Source: a virus. Taken from it: 64,000 bases of DNA. The position numbers and the translations under genes are program-made. Shown here piece by piece: positions 9,781 to 19,129 of the stretch. The stretch spans positions 31,279 through 95,278 of the IMG/VR virus record IMGVR_UViG_3300021376_002797; one strand, given 5' to 3'. The notes under the pieces were generated by a model, which was not told where the DNA came from, searched no databases, and saw only the letters and a list, made by a program, of their open reading frames with translations. Position 1 is the first letter of the stretch. Each line of letters opens with the position of its first letter.

Positions 9781-10332
9781 TTATTTGTCAAAGATACTTG
9801 TATTATTATCGTTGAACATTTCATTGAAGTCTCTTGTATCTACAGAGTATACCCCTTTGTATTCGTCACCATCCTTCCAAATAATTTGTAATTTAGGGTA
9901 GTTAGGGTTATCATTCAAGTTGATGATCATTACTTTTTCTGTGATATCATTGTAGTACCCTGTTTTATCTGTTACTGAAAACATTGCAAAATCAGTGTTA
10001 GATTTGATCATTTTAATATCTAAAATGTATGTTTTATCAACTACAGAATCATTTTCATCGTAGTCATAAAAATGATGACTTAATATGTTCTTATCAAAAT
10101 CAAAAGTATACATTTGGAATCCCTCGGTAATAGAATCACTAACTTTGTTTTTGAACGACCCAACAGACGTTGGAGATTCGGTATGATCAATTTGTTTAGT
10201 TGAATTAACAAAAATTTGTTTAGTTCCTGCCAAAGGTTGTGATTTTGGTCCTGTGAATACTCCTTTACTAACAAAAGATGAGAAAAGTACTACAGAAAAA
10301 AGTACGAAGATGGATTTGATGATTGTTTTCAT
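9781..10332 (-). CDS. exported protein with Sec signal peptide
   Basis: MKTIIKSIFVLFSVVLFSSF; promoter TATATTTG 10376-10369 and TTTG 10399-10396. Confidence 0.7.
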   Translation of the reverse strand: MKTIIKSIFVLFSVVLFSSFVSKGVFTGPKSQPLAGTKQIFVNSTKQIDHTESPTSVGSFKNKVSDSITEGFQMYTFDFDKNILSHHFYDYDENDSVVDKTYILDIKMIKSNTDFAMFSVTDKTGYYNDITEKVMIINLNDNPNYPKLQIIWKDGDEYKGVYSVDTRDFNEMFNDNNTSIFDK

Positions 10333-10457
10333 AGGTCTTTATTTTTTAGTTATTAATTATTTACAATACAAATATATAGCTTTTATTTTAATTTACAAAA
10401 ACAAAATTTATTTTTTTTTCTTTTTTTTATCCCCACCATATAGATGGGGATTTTAAT

Positions 10458-10865
10458 TGGTGGACCTAGAGGGCTCCGACTCCCTCGTCCGGATCATCTT
10501 GTTTAAAAGACGACTACATGTTTAGGTTGGCATTTTCTAATACCCCAAAATATTTGATTTTATCTTGATCAAAAACAAGTATGGTTTGTTCTTCACTATC
10601 GTAAACCAAAAACCAATAGACCACTCAATTTCGGGTTTAGTGGTAATCTACCTTAGTCACTCCTGTTCCTGAGCGTATGTGATCCGGCTCGCGTATCCGT
10701 AAACTTCTTAAGCTACAGTTACTTCTTGAGTTGAGATTAGACCCAAAGTCTCAAGGTTGTTTAGCACATTGCCATTTAAAATGTGAATCAGTTTTTAACG
10801 AGATTAATTCAGTCCCGACATGCTTCTTTTATTCAACCAATGCCCGTCAAATCCAATATAGGCCC
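10458..10865 (-). ncRNA. ssrA: tmRNA
   Basis: 5' GGGCCUA pairs with 3' UAGGUCC-ACCA, giving a 7-bp acceptor stem with G3-U70. GGAUUUGAC D-region; tag ORF 10773-10708 GNVLNNLETLGLISTQEVTVA*; TATCTTTG promoter at 10906-10899; hairpin at ~10430-10450 downstream. Confidence 0.93.
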
Positions 10866-10944
10866 CTATATCGTAATTTTATTTTCAAAGAACTTATACA
10901 AAGATAATATATTTGTTTTGATTATCCAATATATTTATATAAAT

Positions 10945-12123
10945 ATGTTGAGAAAAAAATTTATCTTTGAAACTGACGAAGAAAAAGATGTTGATGAAAT
11001 GTCTGACTATGAAAAAATCATACGTTTAGCAAAAGGTAGACTTAGTCCTCGTGAAGTTTATTTTGAAGATTCAAACGGTAAAGATTATGGTGACATTATT
11101 GAAGTCACTTATGATGGTATTATTTTTACTTTTGATGGTTTATCTGATTATTTACAATTCTTTTTTCCTGAAGAATATGAAGAAGGTAGTGATGGTGAAT
11201 ATGATGCAAGAAATTATGAAGCGATGTATTCAGGAAATTGGTCTTGGTATGAAGAGTTTTACGATAGGGATAGTCAAGATTGGGTAGAAGGGTATGTTAC
11301 AGAAAGATTTAGAAAAAACCATTTAGAATTAGTTAGAGATATTGCAAGATTTTTATCACCAACGATTTATACAAAACTTTCAAAAGTTTTAGAAGGAAAG
11401 GCGGAGTTTGATTCAGAATTAAATATTGAAATAAGAGATTTTTTAGATACAATAAATATTGGTGATGAAATAACAGAGGCTTATACAGATGCAAATCATG
11501 CGGCAATTGTAGACGAAGTACCAAAAGGAATTGAAGATACATATTGTGATTGTTTAAGAAATGTTGGTGTTGAAAGATATAGTCAAAAATATTGTTTTTG
11601 GAAATATGAAATGGATTGGGCTTCTTGTGTAATGTTATTTGCTCGTTTTGGTACCGACGAAGATAATTTTTTAGATCTACTATTTAATGCAATTAAAAAA
11701 GAAAATATTTCACATTTACCTGAGTATTATGAAATGCAGTATCAATTTTGGGACGCCGAAAAATTTGAAAGTACTTGGAATAGTGGTGTTGAAGAAGTAT
11801 TAGAAAGAAAATTAGAGGATATACAAACTAATACTGAAAATTATAATGAAAAATATAAAGAAATTATAGATAAAGTATCTCAAATTGGAGGAATTAATAA
11901 TTGGATCTCAACAAAAGATAAAAAATACCAAATTCTTATAGATGTTATAGATCCATCTACAGGTCAAATTACATATAAAATTAAAAAACCAAATGAATGG
12001 AACACTAAGGTAGGAAAAACAGATATTGATGGAATAATTAATATAATTTATAACGAAAAATTATTTAATATGATGGAGCACCTTGATAGATTTTCAATAC
12101 TTAGAAATAAGACGTTCCTTTAG
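10945..12123 (+). CDS. acidic hypothetical protein (likely late/virion)
   Basis: ATG at 10945 follows TATTTATA; the longer ORF-track start overlaps the tmRNA. Confidence 0.7.
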   Translation: MLRKKFIFETDEEKDVDEMSDYEKIIRLAKGRLSPREVYFEDSNGKDYGDIIEVTYDGIIFTFDGLSDYLQFFFPEEYEEGSDGEYDARNYEAMYSGNWSWYEEFYDRDSQDWVEGYVTERFRKNHLELVRDIARFLSPTIYTKLSKVLEGKAEFDSELNIEIRDFLDTINIGDEITEAYTDANHAAIVDEVPKGIEDTYCDCLRNVGVERYSQKYCFWKYEMDWASCVMLFARFGTDEDNFLDLLFNAIKKENISHLPEYYEMQYQFWDAEKFESTWNSGVEEVLERKLEDIQTNTENYNEKYKEIIDKVSQIGGINNWISTKDKKYQILIDVIDPSTGQITYKIKKPNEWNTKVGKTDIDGIINIIYNEKLFNMMEHLDRFSILRNKTFL

Positions 12124-13140
12124 TATCTCATATAAATACACCAAATCATCATCATTTATAAAAAGTGAATTACCATAAAAAATATCTGATATTGTAATAC
12201 CATCTTTTTCTTCAATAACATCGATGCTTTCTAATTGATGAACAGGGTAATCCTCAATTTCTTCATCGTCTTCAAATTGAAGTAATGAGTTCATAACTGT
12301 TTGTGGTGTATATACAATTGGTTTATATTCATACTTATATTTTTTCAAACCCAATTCTTTAACCATATTTAATCCTGCTGTAATTGCATTTTCAACATCT
12401 TCTATTGAAACAAATTCTTGATTTGAATGCATGTTATAATAACCACATGACATGTTGATACAACAAACATCAATTTTCTTTTTTAACTGTGATATGTCTG
12501 TATAAGGGTGAGATTGAACAAGCATTTCATTTTTAAATGCATTTTCAATAGCGTCAATTGATTTAATAAAAAATTCACTATCACGTTCAAATAAACGAAC
12601 TCCCGAGCATATCTCGGAGATTAAGTGATTACCAGGTGCGTCGTATTGTGTGATATACCCGACATCTTGTAAAAAGTTTTCATCACATTTTGAAGAACCG
12701 TGACAACCTGTTTCTTCTGAAACAAAAAGACCAATTTTTACTTTATCTAATGTTTTTAATAACTCTAAACAAATAAAAATACCACATTTATCATCACCAC
12801 CAATACCTGTTGGATTACCGTCTTCGGTGTAAGCTTTTAAACATGGAACCTCATCGTTACCAAACGATTTACCAAATGTATTTGGTCTAATTAGGTTTTC
12901 TTCTTTTACTATGATTTTATCTACTTTATGATGAACGGTGTCCGTGTGTGAAATAAACATTGGATAAAATTCACCTTCGTTTAATTCACCTTTAGTTGCA
13001 TATATATTCATCATACCATCTCGGTAGTAGGAGACGCCTGGAATTGTGTCTAATTCATTACAAAGATATTCTACCATATCTTCTTCTTGATATGTTTTAG
13101 AAGGGACAGATAATATTTCTTTGAATTTATTTATGTTCAT
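12094..13140 (-). CDS. M20/M28-clan zinc metallopeptidase
   Basis: SHTDTVH, GGDDKCG, SEETG, YYNMHS metal ligands. Confidence 0.8.
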   Translation of the reverse strand: MNINKFKEILSVPSKTYQEEDMVEYLCNELDTIPGVSYYRDGMMNIYATKGELNEGEFYPMFISHTDTVHHKVDKIIVKEENLIRPNTFGKSFGNDEVPCLKAYTEDGNPTGIGGDDKCGIFICLELLKTLDKVKIGLFVSEETGCHGSSKCDENFLQDVGYITQYDAPGNHLISEICSGVRLFERDSEFFIKSIDAIENAFKNEMLVQSHPYTDISQLKKKIDVCCINMSCGYYNMHSNQEFVSIEDVENAITAGLNMVKELGLKKYKYEYKPIVYTPQTVMNSLLQFEDDEEIEDYPVHQLESIDVIEEKDGITISDIFYGNSLFINDDDLVYLYEILKERLISKY

Positions 13141-13188
13141 TTAATTTTTTTATAAAGATAGTATATTTATATAATAAAAACAAAAAAT

Positions 13189-13773
13189 ATGAAAAATATT
13201 TTATCAAGTTTAAATGAATATAAAAAAAGAAGGATTTTAGAGATGCATACAAATAAAAAATCATTTTTATTTGAGGCTGTTGAAAATAAAACAGTTCAAT
13301 TGGATTGTGTCGCAAAAACGGTTAATGGTATTGTTGTTAGTCAGGCCGATTTATTGGCTAATTTATGTCCAGCAGCTAAAAATACAACAACCACACAAGC
13401 AGGTGCAGGTACAACACCTTTAGATACCTACGTTAGTAACATGGTTGATTGGAGAAGTAGTGTTATTAATGATAAACTTGCTTCTTTTGGGGGATCTAAA
13501 GTTAATGTTAGTGGGTCTGACAGTAATAAAATTGTTAGTTCGGTTTATATTGAAATGAAAAACCCGAAAGAGGACCCAAAAATGCAAAATTTAATAGCAA
13601 CACCTACATATAATTGTGTAGCTCAGGGTACTAATTTAGCGGGAAGCGCACAATATTACGACCTATATTTCAAAAAAGGTAGTCCTGAATATAATGAATT
13701 TATGGCCGCTTGTAAATTACAATGTCAGGCATCACAGAAAAAAATACAACAAGTTAAATATACAAAACAATAA
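13189..13773 (+). CDS. KNILSSLNE-leader protein (putative head-targeted)
   Basis: Leader MKNILSSLNEYKKRRILEMH shared with 15063; Cys motif shared with 13783. Confidence 0.65.
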   Translation: MKNILSSLNEYKKRRILEMHTNKKSFLFEAVENKTVQLDCVAKTVNGIVVSQADLLANLCPAAKNTTTTQAGAGTTPLDTYVSNMVDWRSSVINDKLASFGGSKVNVSGSDSNKIVSSVYIEMKNPKEDPKMQNLIATPTYNCVAQGTNLAGSAQYYDLYFKKGSPEYNEFMAACKLQCQASQKKIQQVKYTKQ

Positions 13774-13782
13774 ATAAATAAT

Positions 13783-14313
13783 ATGAAAAGAAAAATTAGA
13801 TTAACGGAATCAGAACTTTATAGATTAATAAGAAGGGTTATATCTGAACAAACAACAAAACAAGTAACAGTAACTGTTGATTGTACTGCAAAAACATTAG
13901 ACACAATGGCAATGACAGCACCAATGATTACTAAATACTGTACAGAGACGAAGGGTACAACAACTCAAACATTAGCTCAAGAATATAAAATGACTAGAAA
14001 GGATCAAATTATTTTAACAAGAGCCGAATTAGATTCAATTGGCGCCTTTAGTGCTGAGGTTATAATAGATAGTTCTGATAAAGTTTCAGGTGTTTCTTTT
14101 AAAATGAAAAAAGAATTAACTAACCCGTCAAGTATGGGTGGTGGTATTGCACAACCTTTTTATTCTACCGCCGATGGTGCAGGACAAGGAACAGGTAGAG
14201 TTGCGGGTGGAGTAACACAAATTAAACCGTATGTTGATGCGGGAGTAACGACTGCAGAAGCGGTAAGAAAATTAGGTGAAAAACAAGCTAAGGCTTCCCA
14301 AAGCTTTAAATAA
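13783..14313 (+). CDS. IRLTESEL-leader protein (putative head-targeted)
   Basis: MKRKIRLTESELYRLIRRVISE; TVDCTAKT resembles QLDCVAKT of 13189. Confidence 0.65.
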   Translation: MKRKIRLTESELYRLIRRVISEQTTKQVTVTVDCTAKTLDTMAMTAPMITKYCTETKGTTTQTLAQEYKMTRKDQIILTRAELDSIGAFSAEVIIDSSDKVSGVSFKMKKELTNPSSMGGGIAQPFYSTADGAGQGTGRVAGGVTQIKPYVDAGVTTAEAVRKLGEKQAKASQSFK

Positions 14314-14327
14314 AAAAACAATAATAA

Positions 14328-14358
14328 AAAAAAAGGAACCAATTTGGTTCCTTTTTTT
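14328..14358. terminator. bidirectional intrinsic terminator
   Basis: AAAAGGAACCA-ATT-TGGTTCCTTTT with A and T tails. Confidence 0.85.
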
Positions 14359-14959
14359 ATTTATATAACATTCTAATAACTTCTTTATCTATTTTAGATA
14401 ATTGTTGTGTTGTGGTGTAACCTTCGTAAAAGATACTATCTTCGTAAGTCCAAGAGTCGTTTGCTAAACCTAACGATTGTGTAATTTCTTCAATTATTGC
14501 ATGTTTTTTATCTAAAGATGAAACATCATTTCTAATAAAAATTTTTACATTATCGATAATAATAGTACCACTATAACTATAAATTAAACAATACCCATTA
14601 CAACTAACGTATTGTAACTGATTATAAACATATTTAGAGTTAAAATTATTAAAATCACCAAAATAAACAATTGAATTTGCTTCCGATTTATTTTTTACAA
14701 TTGTAATTTTTATACTACCAATTAATGTATTTAATTCTGTTATTAGACTTTTTACATTGATTAAATCTTGGTTAGTGTAGTAACCATCCAAATACATTTT
14801 AATATCTTTATCCCACTTTGTTATTTTATTAGTATTATCACCTTTCATTTGATCACTACCATAAGCAACCTCATTGAAATAAGATTTAATTTGTTCTTGT
14901 GTTTGACAAACAGAAAATAAAGTCATAAATAAAAATAAAGAAAGAATAAAAATTTTCAT
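14357..14959 (-). CDS. exported DUF2927-like zincin-fold protein
   Basis: Signal peptide MKIFILSLFLFMTLFSVC-Q; HAIIEEITQSLGLAND and SIFY motifs; promoter TAAGTTTG 14993-14986. Confidence 0.7.
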   Translation of the reverse strand: MKIFILSLFLFMTLFSVCQTQEQIKSYFNEVAYGSDQMKGDNTNKITKWDKDIKMYLDGYYTNQDLINVKSLITELNTLIGSIKITIVKNKSEANSIVYFGDFNNFNSKYVYNQLQYVSCNGYCLIYSYSGTIIIDNVKIFIRNDVSSLDKKHAIIEEITQSLGLANDSWTYEDSIFYEGYTTTQQLSKIDKEVIRMLYK

Positions 14960-15062
14960 ATGAGTTATATTAAATAATTATAATACAAACTTACGAAAAC
15001 TTTTTATATCTACAAAACTATTTTTTAAAAAAAGATATATTTATTAATAAAATACAAATTTT

Positions 15063-15842
15063 ATGAAAAATATTTTATCAAGTTTAAACGAATCTGAAAA
15101 AAGAAGGATTCTTGAGATGCATTATAGGACATCGGGTAGACATTATTTGAATGAACAAACACCAGACACAACACCAGCATTCCCAACATCCGGTGTTGAA
15201 AAGGATCTTAATTTTCCTGTGGATCAAAACATAATAACAAGCCTCAAGGTTAATACTAATGAATTTACAACAAAGGTACGAGTTACTTTTAATCACGATA
15301 CAGGGGCATCTACCGCAATGTTAGTTGGAACACCTAAAACAGGACCGTCAACGACATGGAAATCGTCATTTGATTGTAAATGTCCTACATCAACTAGTCC
15401 AGACGCAGATATAAGTTCAACTTACGGATTTATAGAAAAAACATCTGGTTTTAATGGAACTAAAGAAAATCTTAATGCCAATACTACAGTTTCAGGTCCA
15501 ATGATTCAAAAATGGATTAAGGAGAGATGTGTTGCGTATTTAAAAGATAAAAAAAAATGTGGACCAGTTCTTGCAACAAGAGGTGAACTGAACGCTCTTT
15601 ACACAAGGACAACACCAACGGATATTCAACCGGGTGACAGAAAAACAATTTGTACATTTGTTAGGGCAAAACAAGGATTTATTGGAATGGATTACCTTTA
15701 CGATCAAAGAAAAATAATGGATAATTTTCTAAGTAATATTGCATTTTATGCTCCTGGAACAGATCAAGAAACTTTTGATAACACTAGCTCTCAAGATTTA
15801 AGTGATAAAGGAGAACTATTTTGTAAAGGTTGGGGATTATAA
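15063..15842 (+). CDS. KNILSSLNE-leader Cys-rich protein (putative head-targeted)
   Basis: MKNILSSLNESEKRRILEMH..YLNE; six Cys. Confidence 0.65.
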   Translation: MKNILSSLNESEKRRILEMHYRTSGRHYLNEQTPDTTPAFPTSGVEKDLNFPVDQNIITSLKVNTNEFTTKVRVTFNHDTGASTAMLVGTPKTGPSTTWKSSFDCKCPTSTSPDADISSTYGFIEKTSGFNGTKENLNANTTVSGPMIQKWIKERCVAYLKDKKKCGPVLATRGELNALYTRTTPTDIQPGDRKTICTFVRAKQGFIGMDYLYDQRKIMDNFLSNIAFYAPGTDQETFDNTSSQDLSDKGELFCKGWGL

Positions 15843-15863
15843 ACCCAATAAAATAATAAAATT

Positions 15864-15889
15864 AACCCACCCCAATAAGGGTGGGTTTT
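15864..15889. terminator. intrinsic terminator between convergent genes
   Basis: AACCCACCC-CAATAA-GGGTGGGTT. Confidence 0.8.
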
Positions 15890-16339
15890 CTATTTACGTA
15901 AATTAAAATGATTTACAATTAACAATGTTGATTCATTATTTACAATATCATAAAATAAAAGATGAATGTATGAATCGTTATCATCTATATTAAATTTTGC
16001 GATAAAACTATAGGATATTTCTTTTTTATTTAATTTTATTTTTGATTCCACTGTAATACTATCATTATTTTTGATAACACTATCAATCTTGAATGTTCTT
16101 ATTTCTGTTTCAGTATTAGGGTAAGAACTTATTTTAAGTAAAGACGAATCTAAATCAAATATAAAAATTTCTTTTAGTTTTATGTCTTTTTCTGTTTCTG
16201 TGTAATCACAAATTGGTGTTTGAAACGAGGACCGACCTAATTTACCATATAAATCAACTCTATATATTTCAAATATGATTTTTTGTGAAAATGAAAAAAA
16301 GGATGTGAATACTAATAAAAATAAAAAAAAAGTTTTCAT
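15890..16339 (-). CDS. exported protein with Sec signal peptide
   Basis: MKTFFLFLLVFTSFFSFS-Q; promoter TATATTTG 16373-16366 and TTTG 16396-16393. Confidence 0.7.
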   Translation of the reverse strand: MKTFFLFLLVFTSFFSFSQKIIFEIYRVDLYGKLGRSSFQTPICDYTETEKDIKLKEIFIFDLDSSLLKISSYPNTETEIRTFKIDSVIKNNDSITVESKIKLNKKEISYSFIAKFNIDDNDSYIHLLFYDIVNNESTLLIVNHFNLRK

Positions 16340-16397
16340 AAATAGTTTATTAAATGATTATAATACAAATATATAAAAACTTTTAATATTTACAAAA

Positions 16398-18614
16398 CTA
16401 TTTTTTACGTTTTGTTGGTTTTTTTATTTTAACTTCAGTTTTTTTATCTTTTTCGTTATATGATAAAATGAATTTTGAACCTTTTTCAGGGTTGTCACTA
16501 ATTACTTTATCAGTAACCGCATCATCGACCCACTTTTGAATGGTTCTTTTCAATATACGAGCACCGAATCTAGTGTCAGTACCAACACCTATAATGTGTT
16601 TTTTTAATGTCTCATCGACCTCCAATTCAAAATCAATTAAAGAAACTCTTTCATACACTTTTTCAAGTTCCAAATCAACAATTTTTAATAGGTCGGTCTC
16701 ATTAAGATCTTTAAAATAAATAATTTCATCAAACCTATTTATAAATTCAGGTGCAAACTTTTTAAATAATTCTTTTTCTAATAGAGATTTTATCTCCTCT
16801 TCCTTTTTCTCAACTTTTGAATTTGTTGCAAATCCAACACCTGTACCAAAATCTTGAACTATCTTTGTTCCAACATTAGATGTCATTAAAATAATACAGT
16901 TTTTGAAATTGATTTTTCTTCCGTGACCATCAGTTAAAAATCCTTCATCTAACATTTGTAAAAATACGTTAAATATTTCAGGATGTGCCTTTTCAATCTC
17001 ATCTAACAAAATAACAGAATATGGTTTGTTTTTAATTTTATTTAAAAATGGTGATCCATCTTCATACCCAACATAGCCTGGTGATGTTCCTGTGAGTTTT
17101 GATGTTGCAATCTTATCTGAAAATTCACTCATATCTAATCTAATAAGTGCGTCTTCAGTATTAAACATATGTTTCGCTAATTGCTTAGCCAACTCAGTTT
17201 TACCAACACCTGAATTACCAATTAATAATCCACTAAATATTGGTTTTTTAGGGTCATTTAATCCGACCTTATTTCTTTGTATTGCTTTTGATATTTTTGC
17301 AACTGCATCATCTTGACCAATAACTTTTGTTGATAGCGTATCTTTGAGTGTTTTTAATTGTTCTGTCTCATCTGTTGATATTTTTGATATTGGTATTTTT
17401 GTAATAAGTGACGCGACATCATATACAATATCTTCTGTAACTTCTCTTTTGAATAAATTTCTATTTTTTTCAAATTCCGCCTTTTCTCTTTCTAAATCAT
17501 TCAAAACTTTTCTTTCCTTATCTCTAAGATTTGCCGCTTCCTCGTATCTTTGACTGTTTATTACTATAACCTTTTCTTCTTTGATTTCTTGAGCCTGTCT
17601 TTTTAAATCTTCAATAATTTCAGGTAATTTTATTTCAACTTGTGATCTAGCTCCAACCTCATCAATAATATCAAACGCCTTATCAGGAAACTCTCTATCT
17701 GTGATGTAACGGTCCGCTAACTCAACACATAGTTTTAATATATCATCACTATAAGTTACTTTATGGTGATCTTCATATCTATCTTTTGAATTTTGAAGTA
17801 TCTGTAAGGTCTCTTCTTTTGTTGAAGGGTCCACCATTACTTTTTGGAATCTCCTTTCAAGTGCACCATCTTTTTCAATATTTTTTCTATATTCTTCTAA
17901 AGTAGTTGCACCAATACATTGTAGTTCTCCTCTTGAAAGTGCAGGTTTAAATATATTTGAAGCATCCATCGATCCTGAGGCATTTCCCGCACCAATCATT
18001 GTATGGATTTCATCAATAAAAATTATAATATCGGGGTTATTGTATAATTCTTCCATAATCACTTTCATTCTTTCTTCAAATTGTCCTCTATATTTTGTTC
18101 CAGCAACAATTGATGTCATATCTAATGAAACAATCCTTTTACCTGATAAATTTTGAGGACAATCACCCTCAAATATTTTCTTTGCTAAACCTTCAACAAT
18201 TGCCGTTTTACCACAGTTATGTGAAACCACACCATTTGATATGTATTTTCTTTCATTATCTAACACCTCAAGATCAAAAGTATTATGAACACCAATCTCT
18301 TCTTTCTCAATAACCTCATGTAGGTTATTATCTTCAAAATAAATTGAGTTTCCAACATTTAAATTTTTTAATCTTAACCAATATGAATCATTCATAAATT
18401 CAACAAAATCATTATCACTTGTTTGCCCAACTTCAACTAAATGGTCTTCAGATCCTGAAAGTTCAGACCCGTTTGATAGTTTTATTTTAAAACAATTTTT
18501 ATTTTGTTTTTTATATAAATTACCAACAAGTTTATAACCCGACGGAGTTTTAATTTTGTATGTCCCACCTTCGTTTTTTACAAGGTTAAAAAATTCTTCA
18601 ATTTTAATTTTCAT
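16398..18614 (-). CDS. clpC: ClpC-type AAA+ ATPase C-terminal extein preceded by split intein C-fragment (133 aa)
   Basis: IntC: SEDH block B, FDLEV block F, VVSHN|C splice junction at 18216/18215. Extein: CGKTAIVEGLA, FIDEIH, UVR M-domain, GNSGVGKT, LLDEIEKAH, FGAR. Confidence 0.92.
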   Translation of the reverse strand: MKIKIEEFFNLVKNEGGTYKIKTPSGYKLVGNLYKKQNKNCFKIKLSNGSELSGSEDHLVEVGQTSDNDFVEFMNDSYWLRLKNLNVGNSIYFEDNNLHEVIEKEEIGVHNTFDLEVLDNERKYISNGVVSHNCGKTAIVEGLAKKIFEGDCPQNLSGKRIVSLDMTSIVAGTKYRGQFEERMKVIMEELYNNPDIIIFIDEIHTMIGAGNASGSMDASNIFKPALSRGELQCIGATTLEEYRKNIEKDGALERRFQKVMVDPSTKEETLQILQNSKDRYEDHHKVTYSDDILKLCVELADRYITDREFPDKAFDIIDEVGARSQVEIKLPEIIEDLKRQAQEIKEEKVIVINSQRYEEAANLRDKERKVLNDLEREKAEFEKNRNLFKREVTEDIVYDVASLITKIPISKISTDETEQLKTLKDTLSTKVIGQDDAVAKISKAIQRNKVGLNDPKKPIFSGLLIGNSGVGKTELAKQLAKHMFNTEDALIRLDMSEFSDKIATSKLTGTSPGYVGYEDGSPFLNKIKNKPYSVILLDEIEKAHPEIFNVFLQMLDEGFLTDGHGRKINFKNCIILMTSNVGTKIVQDFGTGVGFATNSKVEKKEEEIKSLLEKELFKKFAPEFINRFDEIIYFKDLNETDLLKIVDLELEKVYERVSLIDFELEVDETLKKHIIGVGTDTRFGARILKRTIQKWVDDAVTDKVISDNPEKGSKFILSYNEKDKKTEVKIKKPTKRKK

Positions 18615-18713
18615 ATTTTTTATTTAATTTTTTTTATTTCACATAGTTTCAATATTGTGACTATCTGCGTCAGAAACTTTTTCAATTTCAATCCAAGTAT
18701 CGCCTAAAACACA
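18216..18713 (-). mobile_element. naturally split intein, atypical split (IntN 24 aa at 18713-18642; IntC 133 aa at 18614-18216), no endonuclease
   Basis: GEPG|[12 protein letters not shown]...ETM* and MKIKIEE...SHN|CGKT; ligation restores Walker A GEPGCGKT. Confidence 0.9.
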
Positions 18714-18932
18714 ACCTGGTTCACCTAATATAATAGGGTTATTTTTCTTTCTTCTTGAAAGGATTTGTGCAATTCTATTAATCTCATTTTCTCTACCTAC
18801 AACAGGATCTAATTTTCCTTCTTCAGCTAGTTTTATAAGGTCTCTTGAAAAGTTATCTAAAACAGGGGTTTTAGTTTTTGTTTCTGTTTGTTTATTTTTT
18901 GATTTTTCCATATCGTCAAATGATTCAATCAT
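18639..18932 (-). CDS. clpC: ClpC N-extein (start of AAA1, no Clp N-domain) fused to split intein N-fragment
   Basis: [46 protein letters not shown] then CVLGDTWI. Confidence 0.9.
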   Translation of the reverse strand: MIESFDDMEKSKNKQTETKTKTPVLDNFSRDLIKLAEEGKLDPVVGRENEINRIAQILSRRKKNNPIILGEPGCVLGDTWIEIEKVSDADSHNIETM

Positions 18933-19005
18933 AATAATCTTTTTAATTTTTTATTTGTTTAAAAGTTAATTAAATAAAGACCAATAATCAATATTTTTTA
19001 TTTTT

Positions 19006-19090
19006 TTGTCATCATGTCAGATATACTGACATTTTGTCATGTTATAATTTGAAAACATTAAAATTTACTTATTTGGCATTTATTTGGTGT
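19006..19090. promoter_or_regulatory. palindromic operator cluster plus sigma54-like TGGCA element between divergent clpC and UVR genes
   Basis: ATGTCAG-ATATA-CTGACAT 19014-19032, TGACA-TTT-TGTCA 19027-19039, TGGCA 19074-19078. Confidence 0.45.
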
Positions 19091-19129
19091 AAAATCTTAC
19101 CAAAATAAACTTATAAATAAAATAAAATT

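Noticed and set aside
10458-10500. Stand-alone tRNA
   Set aside because: It is the 3' tRNA-like domain of the tmRNA; no other tRNA was recognised in the window.
10783-10944. N-terminal extension of the 446-aa ORF
   Set aside because: Overlaps the tmRNA and its promoter; ATG 10945 follows the late motif.
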